From an uncultured Planctomycetales bacterium (GTDB lineage: Bacteria > Omnitrophota > Gorgyraeia > Zapsychrales > Aceulaceae), in NCBI GenBank assembly GCA_964648665.1, contig CAZYOA010000001.1, positions 112,128 through 176,127 of the forward strand: DNA of 64,000 nucleotides, written 5' to 3'. The translations under genes were made by a program, and so were the position numbers. The number at the start of each line of letters is the position of its first letter. Position 1 is the stretch's first letter. Below the pieces are notes generated by a model. The model worked only from the letters and a program-made list of their open reading frames with translations. It searched no databases and had not been told where the DNA came from. Shown in pieces: positions 47,148 through 56,366 of this stretch.

Positions 47148-47177
47148 TTGACATACCCCCTGGGGGTATGCTATATT
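47148..47177 (+). promoter_or_regulatory. Promoter (TTGACA-18-TATATT, extended -10) with an embedded perfect palindromic CsoR-type operator ATACCCCC-T-GGGGGTAT
   Basis: TTGACA at 47148-47153. The 17-nt palindrome at 47153-47169 fills the spacer. TGCTATATT at 47169-47177. csoR starts at 47198. Confidence 0.65.
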
Positions 47178-47197
47178 TAAGTTGAAAGGAGAAAAAA

Positions 47198-47488
47198 ATG
47201 AAAAATAATTACCCTTGTCATAAAAGTAATCTCGTATCTTTAAAGAGAGTTGAAGGACAAGTTCGAGGTGTTCAGAGAATGATTGAGGAGAAAAAGTACT
47301 GTGTGGATATTCTTATCCAGGTTAATGCTGCGATCGGAGCTCTTGTGCGTGTTCAGGATAAAATTTTAGAAAAACATTTGCGAGGGTGTGTTGCAAAAGC
47401 GGTTATGGGAAAATCAAGCTTAGAAAAAGAAAAAAAATTAGAAGAAGTTTTTGGTTTAATCAGTCGATTTAGAAAAGGGTATAAATAA
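47198..47488 (+). CDS. csoR: CsoR/RcnR-family metal-sensing transcriptional repressor (Cu(I)-type C-H-C fingerprint)
   Basis: 96 aa. L.R..GQ.RG...M pattern. Ligand spacing C-x24-H-x3-C (YCVDIL ... KHLRGC) matches the Cu-sensing CsoR arrangement. Confidence 0.8.
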   Translation: MKNNYPCHKSNLVSLKRVEGQVRGVQRMIEEKKYCVDILIQVNAAIGALVRVQDKILEKHLRGCVAKAVMGKSSLEKEKKLEEVFGLISRFRKGYK

Positions 47489-47497
47489 GGAGGAATC

Positions 47498-47683
47498 ATG
47501 GGAATAAAATTATTTGTTTTAACTTTGGTTGTGTTTTCAGTTTTGTGTGGAGTTACTGTATTAAAGGCAGAAGCTAAAACATGTTGTCTAAAAAAGGCAT
47601 GTGATTGTGTTGTAGCTGAAAAAGATTGTGGATGTCAAAGCAAGATGCCATGTAAAGGGTGTGAATGTAGCAAAGCCAAATAA
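47498..47683 (+). CDS. Secreted Cys-rich metallothionein-like mini-protein
   Basis: 61 aa with a GGAGG RBS. Signal peptide MGIKLFVLTLVVFSVLCGVTVLKAEA. Predicted mature 35 aa has 9 Cys in CC/CxC/CxxC arrangements (KTCCLKKACDCVVAEKDCGCQSKMPCKGCECSKAK). Lies 9 nt after csoR. Confidence 0.6.
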   Translation: MGIKLFVLTLVVFSVLCGVTVLKAEAKTCCLKKACDCVVAEKDCGCQSKMPCKGCECSKAK

Positions 47684-47707
47684 GTTGTTTTAAGCATTTC
47701 TTAGGAT

Positions 47708-47735
47708 GGGCAGCTACGAGGCTTTGTAGCTGCCC
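47708..47735 (+). terminator. 10-bp perfect hairpin after the csoR operon (probable terminator, weak T tract)
   Basis: GGGCAGCTAC (47708-47717) pairs with GTAGCTGCCC (47726-47735), 8-nt loop, followed by ATATCTTATATT. Confidence 0.5.
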
Positions 47736-47797
47736 ATATCTTATATTATATTTTTCTTGTAAAAGAAAAAAGAATATAGATAATATAAGGATAATTA

Positions 47798-48745
47798 ATG
47801 GAGGATTATCTAATGGACGATCTTGTTTCAAGTATTGCTAAGCTAAAGAAAGAACGTAACGCTGTTATTTTGGTTCACAATTATCAGTTGCCGGAAGTTC
47901 AGGATGTTGCTGATTTTACAGGGGATTCTTTAGGGTTAAGCATAGAAGCTTCTAATACAAGTGCAGATGTCATTGTTTTCTGTGGCGTTCATTTTATGGC
48001 TGAGACTGCTAAGATTTTATCTCCGCAAAAAACTGTGTTGATTCCTGACTCAAGCGCTGGATGTCCTATGGCCGATATGATTACGCGTGATCAGCTTAAG
48101 GATTTAAAGAAGCAGCATCCTAATGCTAAAACGATTTGTTATGTGAACACATCTGCCGATGTAAAAGCTGAGTGTGATTATTGCTGCACATCAGCGAATG
48201 CTGTTGAAATGCTTGAAAAAGCTTTTGACGAAAATGATGAAATTTTGTTTGTTCCTGATAAGTATCTTGCTTCTTATGCTGCGTCAAGAACAAAACGTCA
48301 AGTTATTATTTGGCAAGGATACTGTCCGACGCATGCAAAAATATTGCCAGAATATATCCTTGAAATAAAAAAAGATCATCCTGATGCAAAAGTTATGGTT
48401 CACCCTGAGTGCACGGGACCTGTTATTCAGCTAGCTGATGAAGTTCTTTCGACATCAGGCATGTTACGTTATGCTAAAAAATCAAACGCAAAAGAATTTA
48501 TTGTTGGAACTGAAGTGGAGATGATTTATCCTCTTTCTAAGCAAAATCCAGAGAAGAAGTTTTATCCTATTACGGATTTAGCTGTATGCCCAAATATGAA
48601 AAAGACAAACCTTCAAAAGCTTGAGATATCTTTAAAGAATATGGTTCATGAAGTTGTTTTATCCCCCGAGATTATAAGTCAGGCGAAGAAACCAATCGAA
48701 AATATGATTAAATTTAGAGATCAGGCTCAGTTGACAAAAAAATGA
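47798..48745 (+). CDS. nadA: Quinolinate synthase
   Basis: AVILVHNYQ, FCGVHFMAET, and conserved Cys ligands (GCPMA, YCPTH..., VCPNM). The alternative start at 47813 follows GGAGG. Confidence 0.9.
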   Translation: MEDYLMDDLVSSIAKLKKERNAVILVHNYQLPEVQDVADFTGDSLGLSIEASNTSADVIVFCGVHFMAETAKILSPQKTVLIPDSSAGCPMADMITRDQLKDLKKQHPNAKTICYVNTSADVKAECDYCCTSANAVEMLEKAFDENDEILFVPDKYLASYAASRTKRQVIIWQGYCPTHAKILPEYILEIKKDHPDAKVMVHPECTGPVIQLADEVLSTSGMLRYAKKSNAKEFIVGTEVEMIYPLSKQNPEKKFYPITDLAVCPNMKKTNLQKLEISLKNMVHEVVLSPEIISQAKKPIENMIKFRDQAQLTKK

Positions 48746-49932
48746 AAAAACGAAGTGTTTACTTAGATTATAATGCAACAACACCGCTTCATCCTGAGGT
48801 TAAGAAGGCCTTGATAGAAGCTATGGAGAATTTTGGAAATCCATCAAGCATGCATGAGTTTGGACGCAAGGCAAAAGTTCTTCTTGATAGTGCTCGAGAA
48901 AAAGTTTCTGCGTTTATTGGTGCAAGTAGCGATGAGGTTGTTTTTGTTGGAAGCGGTTCAGAGGCAAATAATACTGTTTTGTCAATGATGGCGTGTCCGT
49001 CAAAGCATTGTTGTAGTTTTGACGGCGGAACAAAGAAAATTGTAACGACTAAAATTGAGCATCCATGTGTTTTTGAAACAGCTAAATGTTTAGTTGATCG
49101 AGGAATTGATGTTGAATTTTTAAATGTTGATTCATCAGGAAAGATTGACATCGATCAGTATGAAAAGATTTTATCTGAGGGAGGTGTTTCTTTAGTTTCA
49201 ATTATGATGGCAAATAATGAAATTGGAACCGTTCAGGATATTAAAAAACTTTGTCATCTCGCACATAAGCATGCAGCTTTGTTTCATACAGATGCAGTTC
49301 AGGCTGTTGGAAAAATTCCTATTGATGTTAAAGATTTAAATGTAGATTTTTTAACACTTTCCGGGCATAAGATTTATGGCCCTAAAGGCATAGGTGCTTT
49401 ATATGTTAAAAAAGGTATTCGGTTTTGTCCTTTTATTAGAGGAGGACATCAAGAAAAAGGACGTCGAGCGGGAACTGAAAATGTGCTTGGAATTATTGGT
49501 CTCGGAAAAGCAGTAGAAATGCGCGAAAAGGAAATGGAATCAGAAGAGAAGCGTTTATTAGAGCTTAAGGCGATATTGCGAAAAGGCTTTCAAGAAAAAA
49601 TTCCTAATATTCATTTTAATGGGCATGAAAAAGATTGTTTAGCTGGTACTTTAAATGTATCTTTTTCTGGAGCAGAAGGCGAAGCGATCTTGCTTTATTT
49701 GGACATGGAAGGCATTAGTGTTTCAACAGGATCAGCATGTTCTTCAGGGTCGCTGGATCCATCTCATGTTTTGCTTGCAACTGGAGTTGGGCCAGAGCAG
49801 GCTCATGGCTCTATTCGCATAAGCTTAGGTCGAGAAACAAAAAGAGAAGATATCGATTATCTTATTGATGTATTTCCACGCGTTATTGCTAAAATACGCG
49901 AAATGTCAACCGTTTATCCAAGGAATAAATAA
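48742..49932 (+). CDS. nifS: Cysteine desulfurase (NifS/IscS class)
   Basis: PLP-lysine context SGHKIYGPKG and catalytic Cys loop STGSACSSG. 396 aa. Confidence 0.9.
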   Translation: MKKRSVYLDYNATTPLHPEVKKALIEAMENFGNPSSMHEFGRKAKVLLDSAREKVSAFIGASSDEVVFVGSGSEANNTVLSMMACPSKHCCSFDGGTKKIVTTKIEHPCVFETAKCLVDRGIDVEFLNVDSSGKIDIDQYEKILSEGGVSLVSIMMANNEIGTVQDIKKLCHLAHKHAALFHTDAVQAVGKIPIDVKDLNVDFLTLSGHKIYGPKGIGALYVKKGIRFCPFIRGGHQEKGRRAGTENVLGIIGLGKAVEMREKEMESEEKRLLELKAILRKGFQEKIPNIHFNGHEKDCLAGTLNVSFSGAEGEAILLYLDMEGISVSTGSACSSGSLDPSHVLLATGVGPEQAHGSIRISLGRETKREDIDYLIDVFPRVIAKIREMSTVYPRNK

Positions 49933-50531
49933 TGGAATCAAATTGGGTTTACACAGAAGAAGTTAAGCAGCATTTTATGCACCCAAAAAATGTTTTAAAA
50001 GATGGCGAAAATTTTAAAGTTGATGGAGAGGGCATGGTTGGTAATATAAAATGTGGTGATCAAATGATGATGGCGATTCAAGTTGAGAATGACGCAATTA
50101 AAGATTGTCGTTGGAAAACTTATGGATGTGCATCAGCTATTGCAAGTACATCAGCTCTTTCGGAAATGATTAAGGGAATGAAACTTAAAGATGCCTTTTT
50201 GTTAACGCCAAAAGATATTATGAAAAAACTTGGATCTTTGCCGGAACATAAAATTCATTGTTCTGTTTTAGGGGATAAAGCTCTTCGTGCAGCAATTAAT
50301 GATTATTATGAAAAAAATGACATGACAGATAAAGTGCGCAAAGAAGAGGTAAAAGTAATTTGCCAGTGCATGAACATCACAGATCATGAAATTGAAGATG
50401 CGGTGTTGGAGGGTGCACGAACGTATTACGAGCTTCAAGAGCGAACAAAATTAGGCACAGTATGTGGTCAGTGTGAAGAGCCTGCAAAAAAACTTTTAGA
50501 ACAATATACTAAAAAGCATTTTAAGTTATAA
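49932..50531 (+). CDS. nifU: NifU-like Fe-S scaffold (IscU-type N-domain plus BFD-like [2Fe-2S] domain)
   Basis: Scaffold Cys (KCGD, YGCASAIAS, HCSVLG) and a C-terminal CQCMNITDHEI....CGQC module. Confidence 0.85.
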   Translation: MESNWVYTEEVKQHFMHPKNVLKDGENFKVDGEGMVGNIKCGDQMMMAIQVENDAIKDCRWKTYGCASAIASTSALSEMIKGMKLKDAFLLTPKDIMKKLGSLPEHKIHCSVLGDKALRAAINDYYEKNDMTDKVRKEEVKVICQCMNITDHEIEDAVLEGARTYYELQERTKLGTVCGQCEEPAKKLLEQYTKKHFKL

Positions 50532-50556
50532 ATTATCAAAATAAAAAGGAGGAAAC

Positions 50557-50805
50557 ATGAATAAGCTTGATGCAAAGGCTTTTGGTATTAGCTGCGGGTT
50601 TGTTTGGGGATTTGCTATGTTTTTTTTAGGTATTTTTGATATTTTCTCAACTTGGGGATGCGGCATTACACAGTTAATGTCTTCGTTGTATATTGGCTAT
50701 CAACCAACTTTTATCGGAAGCATCATTGGGGCTCTTTGGGGTTTTGTTGATGCTGGTATTGGCGGTTTCGTATTAATAACGCTTTATAATAAGTTTGCAA
50801 AATAA
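50557..50805 (+). CDS. Small Gly-rich integral membrane protein, unknown function
   Basis: 82 aa with a strong RBS (AAGGAGGA) and predicted TM helices. A terminator follows. Confidence 0.6.
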   Translation: MNKLDAKAFGISCGFVWGFAMFFLGIFDIFSTWGCGITQLMSSLYIGYQPTFIGSIIGALWGFVDAGIGGFVLITLYNKFAK

Positions 50806-50830
50806 AAATAATTTTATTTTGTTATATGCG

Positions 50831-50856
50831 GGCGGCCTTAAAAGGTCGCCTTTTTT
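50831..50856 (+). terminator. Rho-independent terminator
   Basis: GGCGGCC (50831-50837) pairs with GGTCGCC (50844-50850) with one mismatch, then TTTTTT. Confidence 0.7.
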
Positions 50857-50899
50857 GTATATAAATATATATACTTTATTTTCGATCATTTAAAGTTTG

Positions 50900-50908
50900 T
50901 GTTATAAT
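50900..50908 (+). promoter_or_regulatory. Extended -10 promoter element TGtTATAAT
   Basis: Consensus TATAAT at 50903-50908 preceded by TGt. It lies inside the 5' end of the track ORF, which argues that the ORF really starts further downstream. Confidence 0.4.
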
Positions 50909-50944
50909 TGTAAAGATTTAACATATATCTTAAGGAGATACGCT

Positions 50945-52387
50945 TTGAATGCAGCACCAAAAATGAAGTCATTTGCAAAATCATCTTTGATTTCACAATT
51001 TAATATATTTTTTATTTTGATTTCTGTTATTCCTTTAGGAATTCTTTATTATATTTATGTTCAGGTTAAAGATTCAGGAGCTCTTCAGATGACAACTGAA
51101 AGCCTTGCGGTTACATTGGCTCTTGTTGTTTTAGGAATTGCTCTTGGGTATTTTGCAATGAACATGGTTTTACGTAAATTGTTGCGAATAACAAAAGAAA
51201 ATCAAAACACATTAGGTGATTTTTTAGACGAAGGTCAAGTTCAGGCAATTCAATCAAGCGATAACGAAGTTGTCGTTTTAGCTAAAACATTTAATGAAAT
51301 TCGAACAAAGCTTGAGGCAAATGTAAAGAAGTTAGAACTGGCCAAGAAAACTCTTCAAACTGTTTTGTCTAGAGTTGGACAGGGAATTTCTTCTATTCAA
51401 AATATTGATTCATTTCTTGAGCTTATTATTGAAACGGTTGTCGACGCTGTTAGCGGCAAGTCCGGTGTGCTTCTTTTTTTAGATCCCCAAAAAGATGAAT
51501 TATATGTTCGCACGATCTTGGGAGAGAATTTAAAGATTGATAGTAATACTCGCTTTAAGCTTTCTGAGTCAATTTTTCAATCTGTTATTGAAGAAAAAGA
51601 AAACTTAATTGTTCCAAAGCTAGATAGCGCTGCGATGAAATCTGTAATAAAGCAAGATTGTTTTGAATTTCCAATGGTTTGTGCTCCGCTTTTAGTTCAT
51701 GAAAAAGTTTTAGGTGTGATTGTAATTTGTGGACGCAATATAGATGTTAATTTTACGCATGATGATGCTACGTTATTATCAAGTATTGCAATGCAAACGG
51801 CAATTGCGATTGAAAACGATCAATTAAATTTTGATGCTGAAAAAACATATTTTGATATTATCTCTGCTTTAGCGCTCGCTGTTGAAGCTAAAGATCCGTA
51901 TTCTCGAGGACATCTTGATCGTGTTGCAGGGTACGCGATTAAGATTGCAGAGAAATTTGGATTAAATGATAATGATAAAAAAATATTGCGAGATGCAGCT
52001 CGGCTTCATGATATTGGAAAGATTGGGATTACAGACGATATTCTTACGAAGGCAGGACCTTTAACAGAGCAAGAGTGGGTTGTCATGAGAAATCACCCAG
52101 AAATCGGTGAAGGAATTGTTCGAGCTGTTCAGTCGCTTTCTGGGCTTTGTGATGTTATTCGTCATCATCATGAAAAGCTTGATGGATCAGGATATCCCGA
52201 TGGTCTTAAAGGTGATGAAATTAATTTATTAGTAAGAATTCTAGCGATTGCAGACATTACGGATGCGTTGATGACAAATCGTCCTTATCGAAGAGCTTTA
52301 AGCATTGAAGAAACCAAGAAAGCTTTAAGAGATATGGGTGAAAAAATTGATCAGAAAGTTGTTGAAACTCTGATATCAATTCTTTAG
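50945..52387 (+). CDS. Membrane-anchored HAMP-GAF-HD-GYP protein (c-di-GMP phosphodiesterase family)
   Basis: HD-GYP signatures HDIGKIGI and HHHEKLDGSGYPDGL, preceded by a GAF-like region and two TM segments. Start set to TTG 50945, 7 nt after AAGGAG (50932-50937). Confidence 0.85.
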   Translation: MNAAPKMKSFAKSSLISQFNIFFILISVIPLGILYYIYVQVKDSGALQMTTESLAVTLALVVLGIALGYFAMNMVLRKLLRITKENQNTLGDFLDEGQVQAIQSSDNEVVVLAKTFNEIRTKLEANVKKLELAKKTLQTVLSRVGQGISSIQNIDSFLELIIETVVDAVSGKSGVLLFLDPQKDELYVRTILGENLKIDSNTRFKLSESIFQSVIEEKENLIVPKLDSAAMKSVIKQDCFEFPMVCAPLLVHEKVLGVIVICGRNIDVNFTHDDATLLSSIAMQTAIAIENDQLNFDAEKTYFDIISALALAVEAKDPYSRGHLDRVAGYAIKIAEKFGLNDNDKKILRDAARLHDIGKIGITDDILTKAGPLTEQEWVVMRNHPEIGEGIVRAVQSLSGLCDVIRHHHEKLDGSGYPDGLKGDEINLLVRILAIADITDALMTNRPYRRALSIEETKKALRDMGEKIDQKVVETLISIL

Positions 52388-52421
52388 AAATCCAAAATAT
52401 AAATAATTAAAGGAGTTTTTT

Positions 52422-53495
52422 ATGGAAATAGGAATTGTCGGACTTCCTAATGTTGGTAAGTCGACACTATTTAATGCTTTGACTGGTGCTGGCGTTGCGG
52501 CTGAAAATTTTCCGTTTACGACGATTGAGCCAAATATTGGGATTGTTCCTTTGGCTGATCATCGTTTGATGCGATTAGCAAAAGAGTGGGAAAGCCAAAA
52601 GATTACTCCTTCAGGTATTCGTTTTGTTGACATTGCAGGACTTGTAAAAGGAGCGAGCCAGGGTGAAGGGCTTGGAAATAAATTCTTGGCTAACATACGA
52701 TCTGTTGATGCCATTTGTCACGTTGTTCGATGTTTTCGTGATGAGAACGTTGTTAATGCGACTGAGAATTTAAATCCTATTGAGGCGGCTGAAACGATCG
52801 AAACAGAGCTTTTGTTGGCTGATTTACAACAAGCAGAAAAAGCGCATCAAAGATATTTCAAGATGGCAAAATCAGGCGATAGAGAGGCTCAGGCTAAAAT
52901 AGAAGTCTTAGATCTTTTGATGAAGGGATTTAATGATGGAAAATCTGTCCGAACACAAAATGTGTCAGATGAGCTAATTAAAGATTTTCAATTTTTAACG
53001 GCAAAACCAATTTTATATGTTGCTAATATGGACGAAGGGGATTCGTGCGATGATTTGTTAAATCCGCTTAAGGAATTGGCTGAGAAAGAAAAAACGAAAG
53101 TGGTTGTTTTATGCACAAAGTTAGAGGCAGAAATTTTAGAACTTCCTGAAGAGGAAAGATCTAGCTATTATGAATCAGCAGGAATAACAACGCCGGGTTT
53201 AAACATGCTGGCAAAAGCTGGCCAGGAACTTCTTGAGCTTGTTTGTTTTTTTACTGCAGGAGAAAAAGAAACTCGGGCATGGCTTATTCCTAAAGGGACT
53301 GCAGCTTTTAAGGCTGCAGGTAAGATTCATAGCGATATTGAGCGTGGGTTTATTCGTGCCGAGGTGTATAAATTTTCTGATTTAGAATCACTGGGAACGT
53401 ATCAGGCTGTGAAAGAGAAAAATCTTGTAACTTTAGAAGGAAAAGATTACGAGGTTAAAGATGGAGATGTTGTTTATTTTCGATTTAATGTTTAA
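52422..53495 (+). CDS. ychF: Ribosome-binding ATPase YchF
   Basis: [36 protein letters not shown], and a C-terminal TGS-like domain. 357 aa. Confidence 0.95.
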   Translation: MEIGIVGLPNVGKSTLFNALTGAGVAAENFPFTTIEPNIGIVPLADHRLMRLAKEWESQKITPSGIRFVDIAGLVKGASQGEGLGNKFLANIRSVDAICHVVRCFRDENVVNATENLNPIEAAETIETELLLADLQQAEKAHQRYFKMAKSGDREAQAKIEVLDLLMKGFNDGKSVRTQNVSDELIKDFQFLTAKPILYVANMDEGDSCDDLLNPLKELAEKEKTKVVVLCTKLEAEILELPEEERSSYYESAGITTPGLNMLAKAGQELLELVCFFTAGEKETRAWLIPKGTAAFKAAGKIHSDIERGFIRAEVYKFSDLESLGTYQAVKEKNLVTLEGKDYEVKDGDVVYFRFNV

Positions 53496-53508
53496 AAGGT
53501 GAGGTTAT

Positions 53509-54252
53509 ATGAAAAAAATATCAAGATGGCAAATTATTTTTGGTTTTGTTTTGGTTTTGCTTTCAACAGCGGTTTATGGTGTTCATTTTTTAATTTTTAG
53601 AGATGCTCATCATATTTTTATTTACTTGATTGGTGATATTGCTTTTGTTTTTCTTGAGGTTTTATTTGTGACCTTGATTTTACATCAGGTTTTAAGTCAA
53701 AGAGAGAAGCGTTTAATGCTTAATAAGCTGAATATGCTTATCGGTATTTTCTTTAGTGAAGTGGGAACAGATCTCTTAAGAAAGTTTATTGCATTGGATA
53801 AGGAGTCTCAGTGCATACGAGAAAAGCTTTGTCAGGCTGGAAATCAGACAATTAAAGATTTTTCTATCGCTGTTGAAGATCTTAAGCATTGCAAACATGA
53901 TATTGATCTTAAGGATGAAGAATTGATTGAAATTAAGAATTTACTTGTTTTGAAAAGAAATTTCTTGGTTAATCTTTTGGCTAATCCTAGCATGTTAGAA
54001 CATGATTCTTTTACAGATCTCTTGTGGTCTGTTTTTCATTTTATGGAAGAATTGTCAGAGCGCAAAGATTTGACTTCTCGGTCAGGCTCTGATTCAGCAC
54101 ATCTTGTAGGTGACTTGACACGTGCATATCGCCATCTTCTTTCCGAATGGCTTGAATATATGAAGCATTTGAGAAAGAATTACCCATATTTGTTCTCTCT
54201 AGCGCTTCGAACAAATCCATTTGACCCAAGTCCTTGCATTGAAATAACATAG
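53509..54252 (+). CDS. Hypothetical membrane protein (two N-terminal TM helices plus a helical cytoplasmic domain)
   Basis: 247-aa ORF with a GGTGAGG RBS. No family recognised. Confidence 0.5.
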   Translation: MKKISRWQIIFGFVLVLLSTAVYGVHFLIFRDAHHIFIYLIGDIAFVFLEVLFVTLILHQVLSQREKRLMLNKLNMLIGIFFSEVGTDLLRKFIALDKESQCIREKLCQAGNQTIKDFSIAVEDLKHCKHDIDLKDEELIEIKNLLVLKRNFLVNLLANPSMLEHDSFTDLLWSVFHFMEELSERKDLTSRSGSDSAHLVGDLTRAYRHLLSEWLEYMKHLRKNYPYLFSLALRTNPFDPSPCIEIT

Positions 54253-54295
54253 GCTTCTCTTTAAAATTTCATTGAAATTGCGAAAATCAATTTTC

Positions 54296-54325
54296 TTGAC
54301 ATATGGGCTTGAAAAGAGGTACAAT
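54296..54325 (+). promoter_or_regulatory. Sigma-70-like promoter (TTGACA-18-TACAAT)
   Basis: TTGACA at 54296-54301 and TACAAT at 54320-54325, upstream of the 61-aa ORF. Confidence 0.4.
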
Positions 54326-54348
54326 ATGCGAAAGAAAGAAGAATAAAA

Positions 54349-54534
54349 ATGTGTAAAATACCACTTGAAGAACTTCTTAAAGATAAAAGGGTTGTTGAGG
54401 AGATTCAGCGACATCAATGGTTTGAAAGTGAAAAGAATGGTTGTGATATTGGTTTTGAGGCTGCTGCCAAGGATTGGCATAAGAAATTTGCTCGCGAGTG
54501 GTTAAAATATCATGATTTACAAAACGTAGCGTAA
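54349..54534 (+). CDS. Small hypothetical protein (61 aa)
   Basis: Promoter-like element upstream. Contains H.WFESEKNGCDIGFEAAAKDW, which looks like a conserved motif, but I cannot name the family with confidence. Confidence 0.4.
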   Translation: MCKIPLEELLKDKRVVEEIQRHQWFESEKNGCDIGFEAAAKDWHKKFAREWLKYHDLQNVA

Positions 54535-54656
54535 GATTTGACCCTACTGCAGTTTTTCCGCATAATTAATTAATTCTAAAAAAGTTTAACAAACATTATT
54601 TTTTATGTACAATAGGTAGATATTAATACTTATAGATTAAAAATTGAGGAGTGTGT

Positions 54657-56288
54657 ATGTCGTTAAAGCTTGAGAAGCTAAAGAATTTTAAAGAATATCC
54701 TGGGCCACTTTTGTTTATTATTATGGATGGAGTTGGACTTGGAGAGGAAAATGAGACAAATGGTGTCTTTAGTGCTAAGACACCGTGCCTTGATAAGCTT
54801 TTTAAAAGTAATCTTTTTTCTCAGTTGCAGGCACATGGAAAAGCAGTTGGACTTCCTACGGATAATGATATGGGAAATAGCGAGGTAGGGCATAATGCGC
54901 TTGGTGCGGGAAGGGTTTTTTCGCAAGGTACAAAACTTGTTGATCGTTCAATCGAAAGCGGAGAAATTTTTAAAACACCAATTTGGAAGAAATTAATAGA
55001 AAATCCTTTACAGGGAAAGAGTGTGATGCATTTTATTGGACTTCTTTCTGATGGAAATGTTCATTCTCATATTAATCAGCTTTTTTCTTTAATTAAGCAA
55101 TGCGCAAGTCAGAATGTTAAGGTGCTGCGTTTACATGTTTTGCTTGATGGACGCGATGTGGGAGAAAAAACAGCTATGACGTATGTTGATCAAGTGGAAG
55201 ATTTTTTTAAGACGATTAATGAAGAATTTGGATTTGATTATAAGATTGCATCTGGAGGTGGTCGCATGATCACAACTATGGATCGCTATAATGCTGATTG
55301 GAGCGTTGTCAAAAAAGGATGGGACACTCATGTTCTCGGTAAGGCTCGCATGTTTGGTTCTGCAAAAGAAGCAATTGAAACGTATTACAATGAGGATCCA
55401 AAAATTACAGATCAGTATTTAGAATCTTTTGTTGTTGCACAAGAACAAAAGCCAATTGGTACAATTAATGATGGTGATTCAGTTGTGTTTTTTAATTTTC
55501 GAGGGGATCGTGCTATTGAATTATCAAGAGCGTTTGATGAAAAAGATTTTAGCAAATTTGATAGGGAGCGTTATCCAGATGTTGTTTATGCTGGAATAAT
55601 GGAATATGATGGCGACTTGAAAGTTCCCAAAAATTATTTGGTTAATCCTCCTGAGATTGATCGCACTATCGGAGAATATCTTTGCGCTGAAGGTGTGAAA
55701 TCTTTTGCTTTATCTGAAACGCAAAAGTTTGGACATGTTACGTATTTTTGGAATGGAAATAAATCTGGATATGTTGATGAGAAGTTAGAGAAATATATTG
55801 AAATTCCATCTGACAAGATTCGTTTTGAGCAAGCGCCAAAGATGAAGGTTTTTGAAATTACCGATAAGGCGATTGAGCTTTTAAAAAGCGGAGAATATAA
55901 GTTTGGTCGTATTAATTTTCCGAATGGAGATATGGTTGGGCATACGGGTGTTGTTGATGCCATTAAAATATCCATGGAATCTTTAGATGAATGTGTTTGT
56001 AAGTTGATCAAAGAGGTAAATGATCTCGGAGGTGTTACTGTGATATCAGCAGATCATGGAAATGCAGATGAAATGTTTACAGAAAAGAATGGAAAGCGCG
56101 TTGTGAAAACCGCACATACGCTTAATCCGGTGCCTTTTATTATTGTTGATCAGAATGATCCTGTGTGCTATGAGATGGCTAACCTTGAAAGCAAGGGGCT
56201 TTCAAATGTGGCGGCAACTCTTTTGAATCTTCTTGGATTTGAAAAGCCCGAAGATTATGATCCGTCTCTAATTTCTTTTAAAGAATAG
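54657..56288 (+). CDS. gpmI: 2,3-bisphosphoglycerate-independent phosphoglycerate mutase
   Basis: IIMDG.G, catalytic Ser context MGNSEVGHNALGAGR, and C-terminal ADHGNAD. Start set to ATG 54657, 6 nt after GAGGAG. Confidence 0.9.
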   Translation: MSLKLEKLKNFKEYPGPLLFIIMDGVGLGEENETNGVFSAKTPCLDKLFKSNLFSQLQAHGKAVGLPTDNDMGNSEVGHNALGAGRVFSQGTKLVDRSIESGEIFKTPIWKKLIENPLQGKSVMHFIGLLSDGNVHSHINQLFSLIKQCASQNVKVLRLHVLLDGRDVGEKTAMTYVDQVEDFFKTINEEFGFDYKIASGGGRMITTMDRYNADWSVVKKGWDTHVLGKARMFGSAKEAIETYYNEDPKITDQYLESFVVAQEQKPIGTINDGDSVVFFNFRGDRAIELSRAFDEKDFSKFDRERYPDVVYAGIMEYDGDLKVPKNYLVNPPEIDRTIGEYLCAEGVKSFALSETQKFGHVTYFWNGNKSGYVDEKLEKYIEIPSDKIRFEQAPKMKVFEITDKAIELLKSGEYKFGRINFPNGDMVGHTGVVDAIKISMESLDECVCKLIKEVNDLGGVTVISADHGNADEMFTEKNGKRVVKTAHTLNPVPFIIVDQNDPVCYEMANLESKGLSNVAATLLNLLGFEKPEDYDPSLISFKE

Positions 56289-56366
56289 CTTTATAATAAA
56301 ACAAATAAAATTCTTTAAACTATCTATATAAGACTATATACTGTATATAATTAATAAAGTTAAAAG

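Noticed and set aside
54326-54346. A six-codon mini-ORF (MRKKEE) immediately after the promoter-like element at 54296-54325, which could be a leader peptide.
   Set aside because: It is too short to support, has no RBS, and no downstream attenuator structure is apparent.
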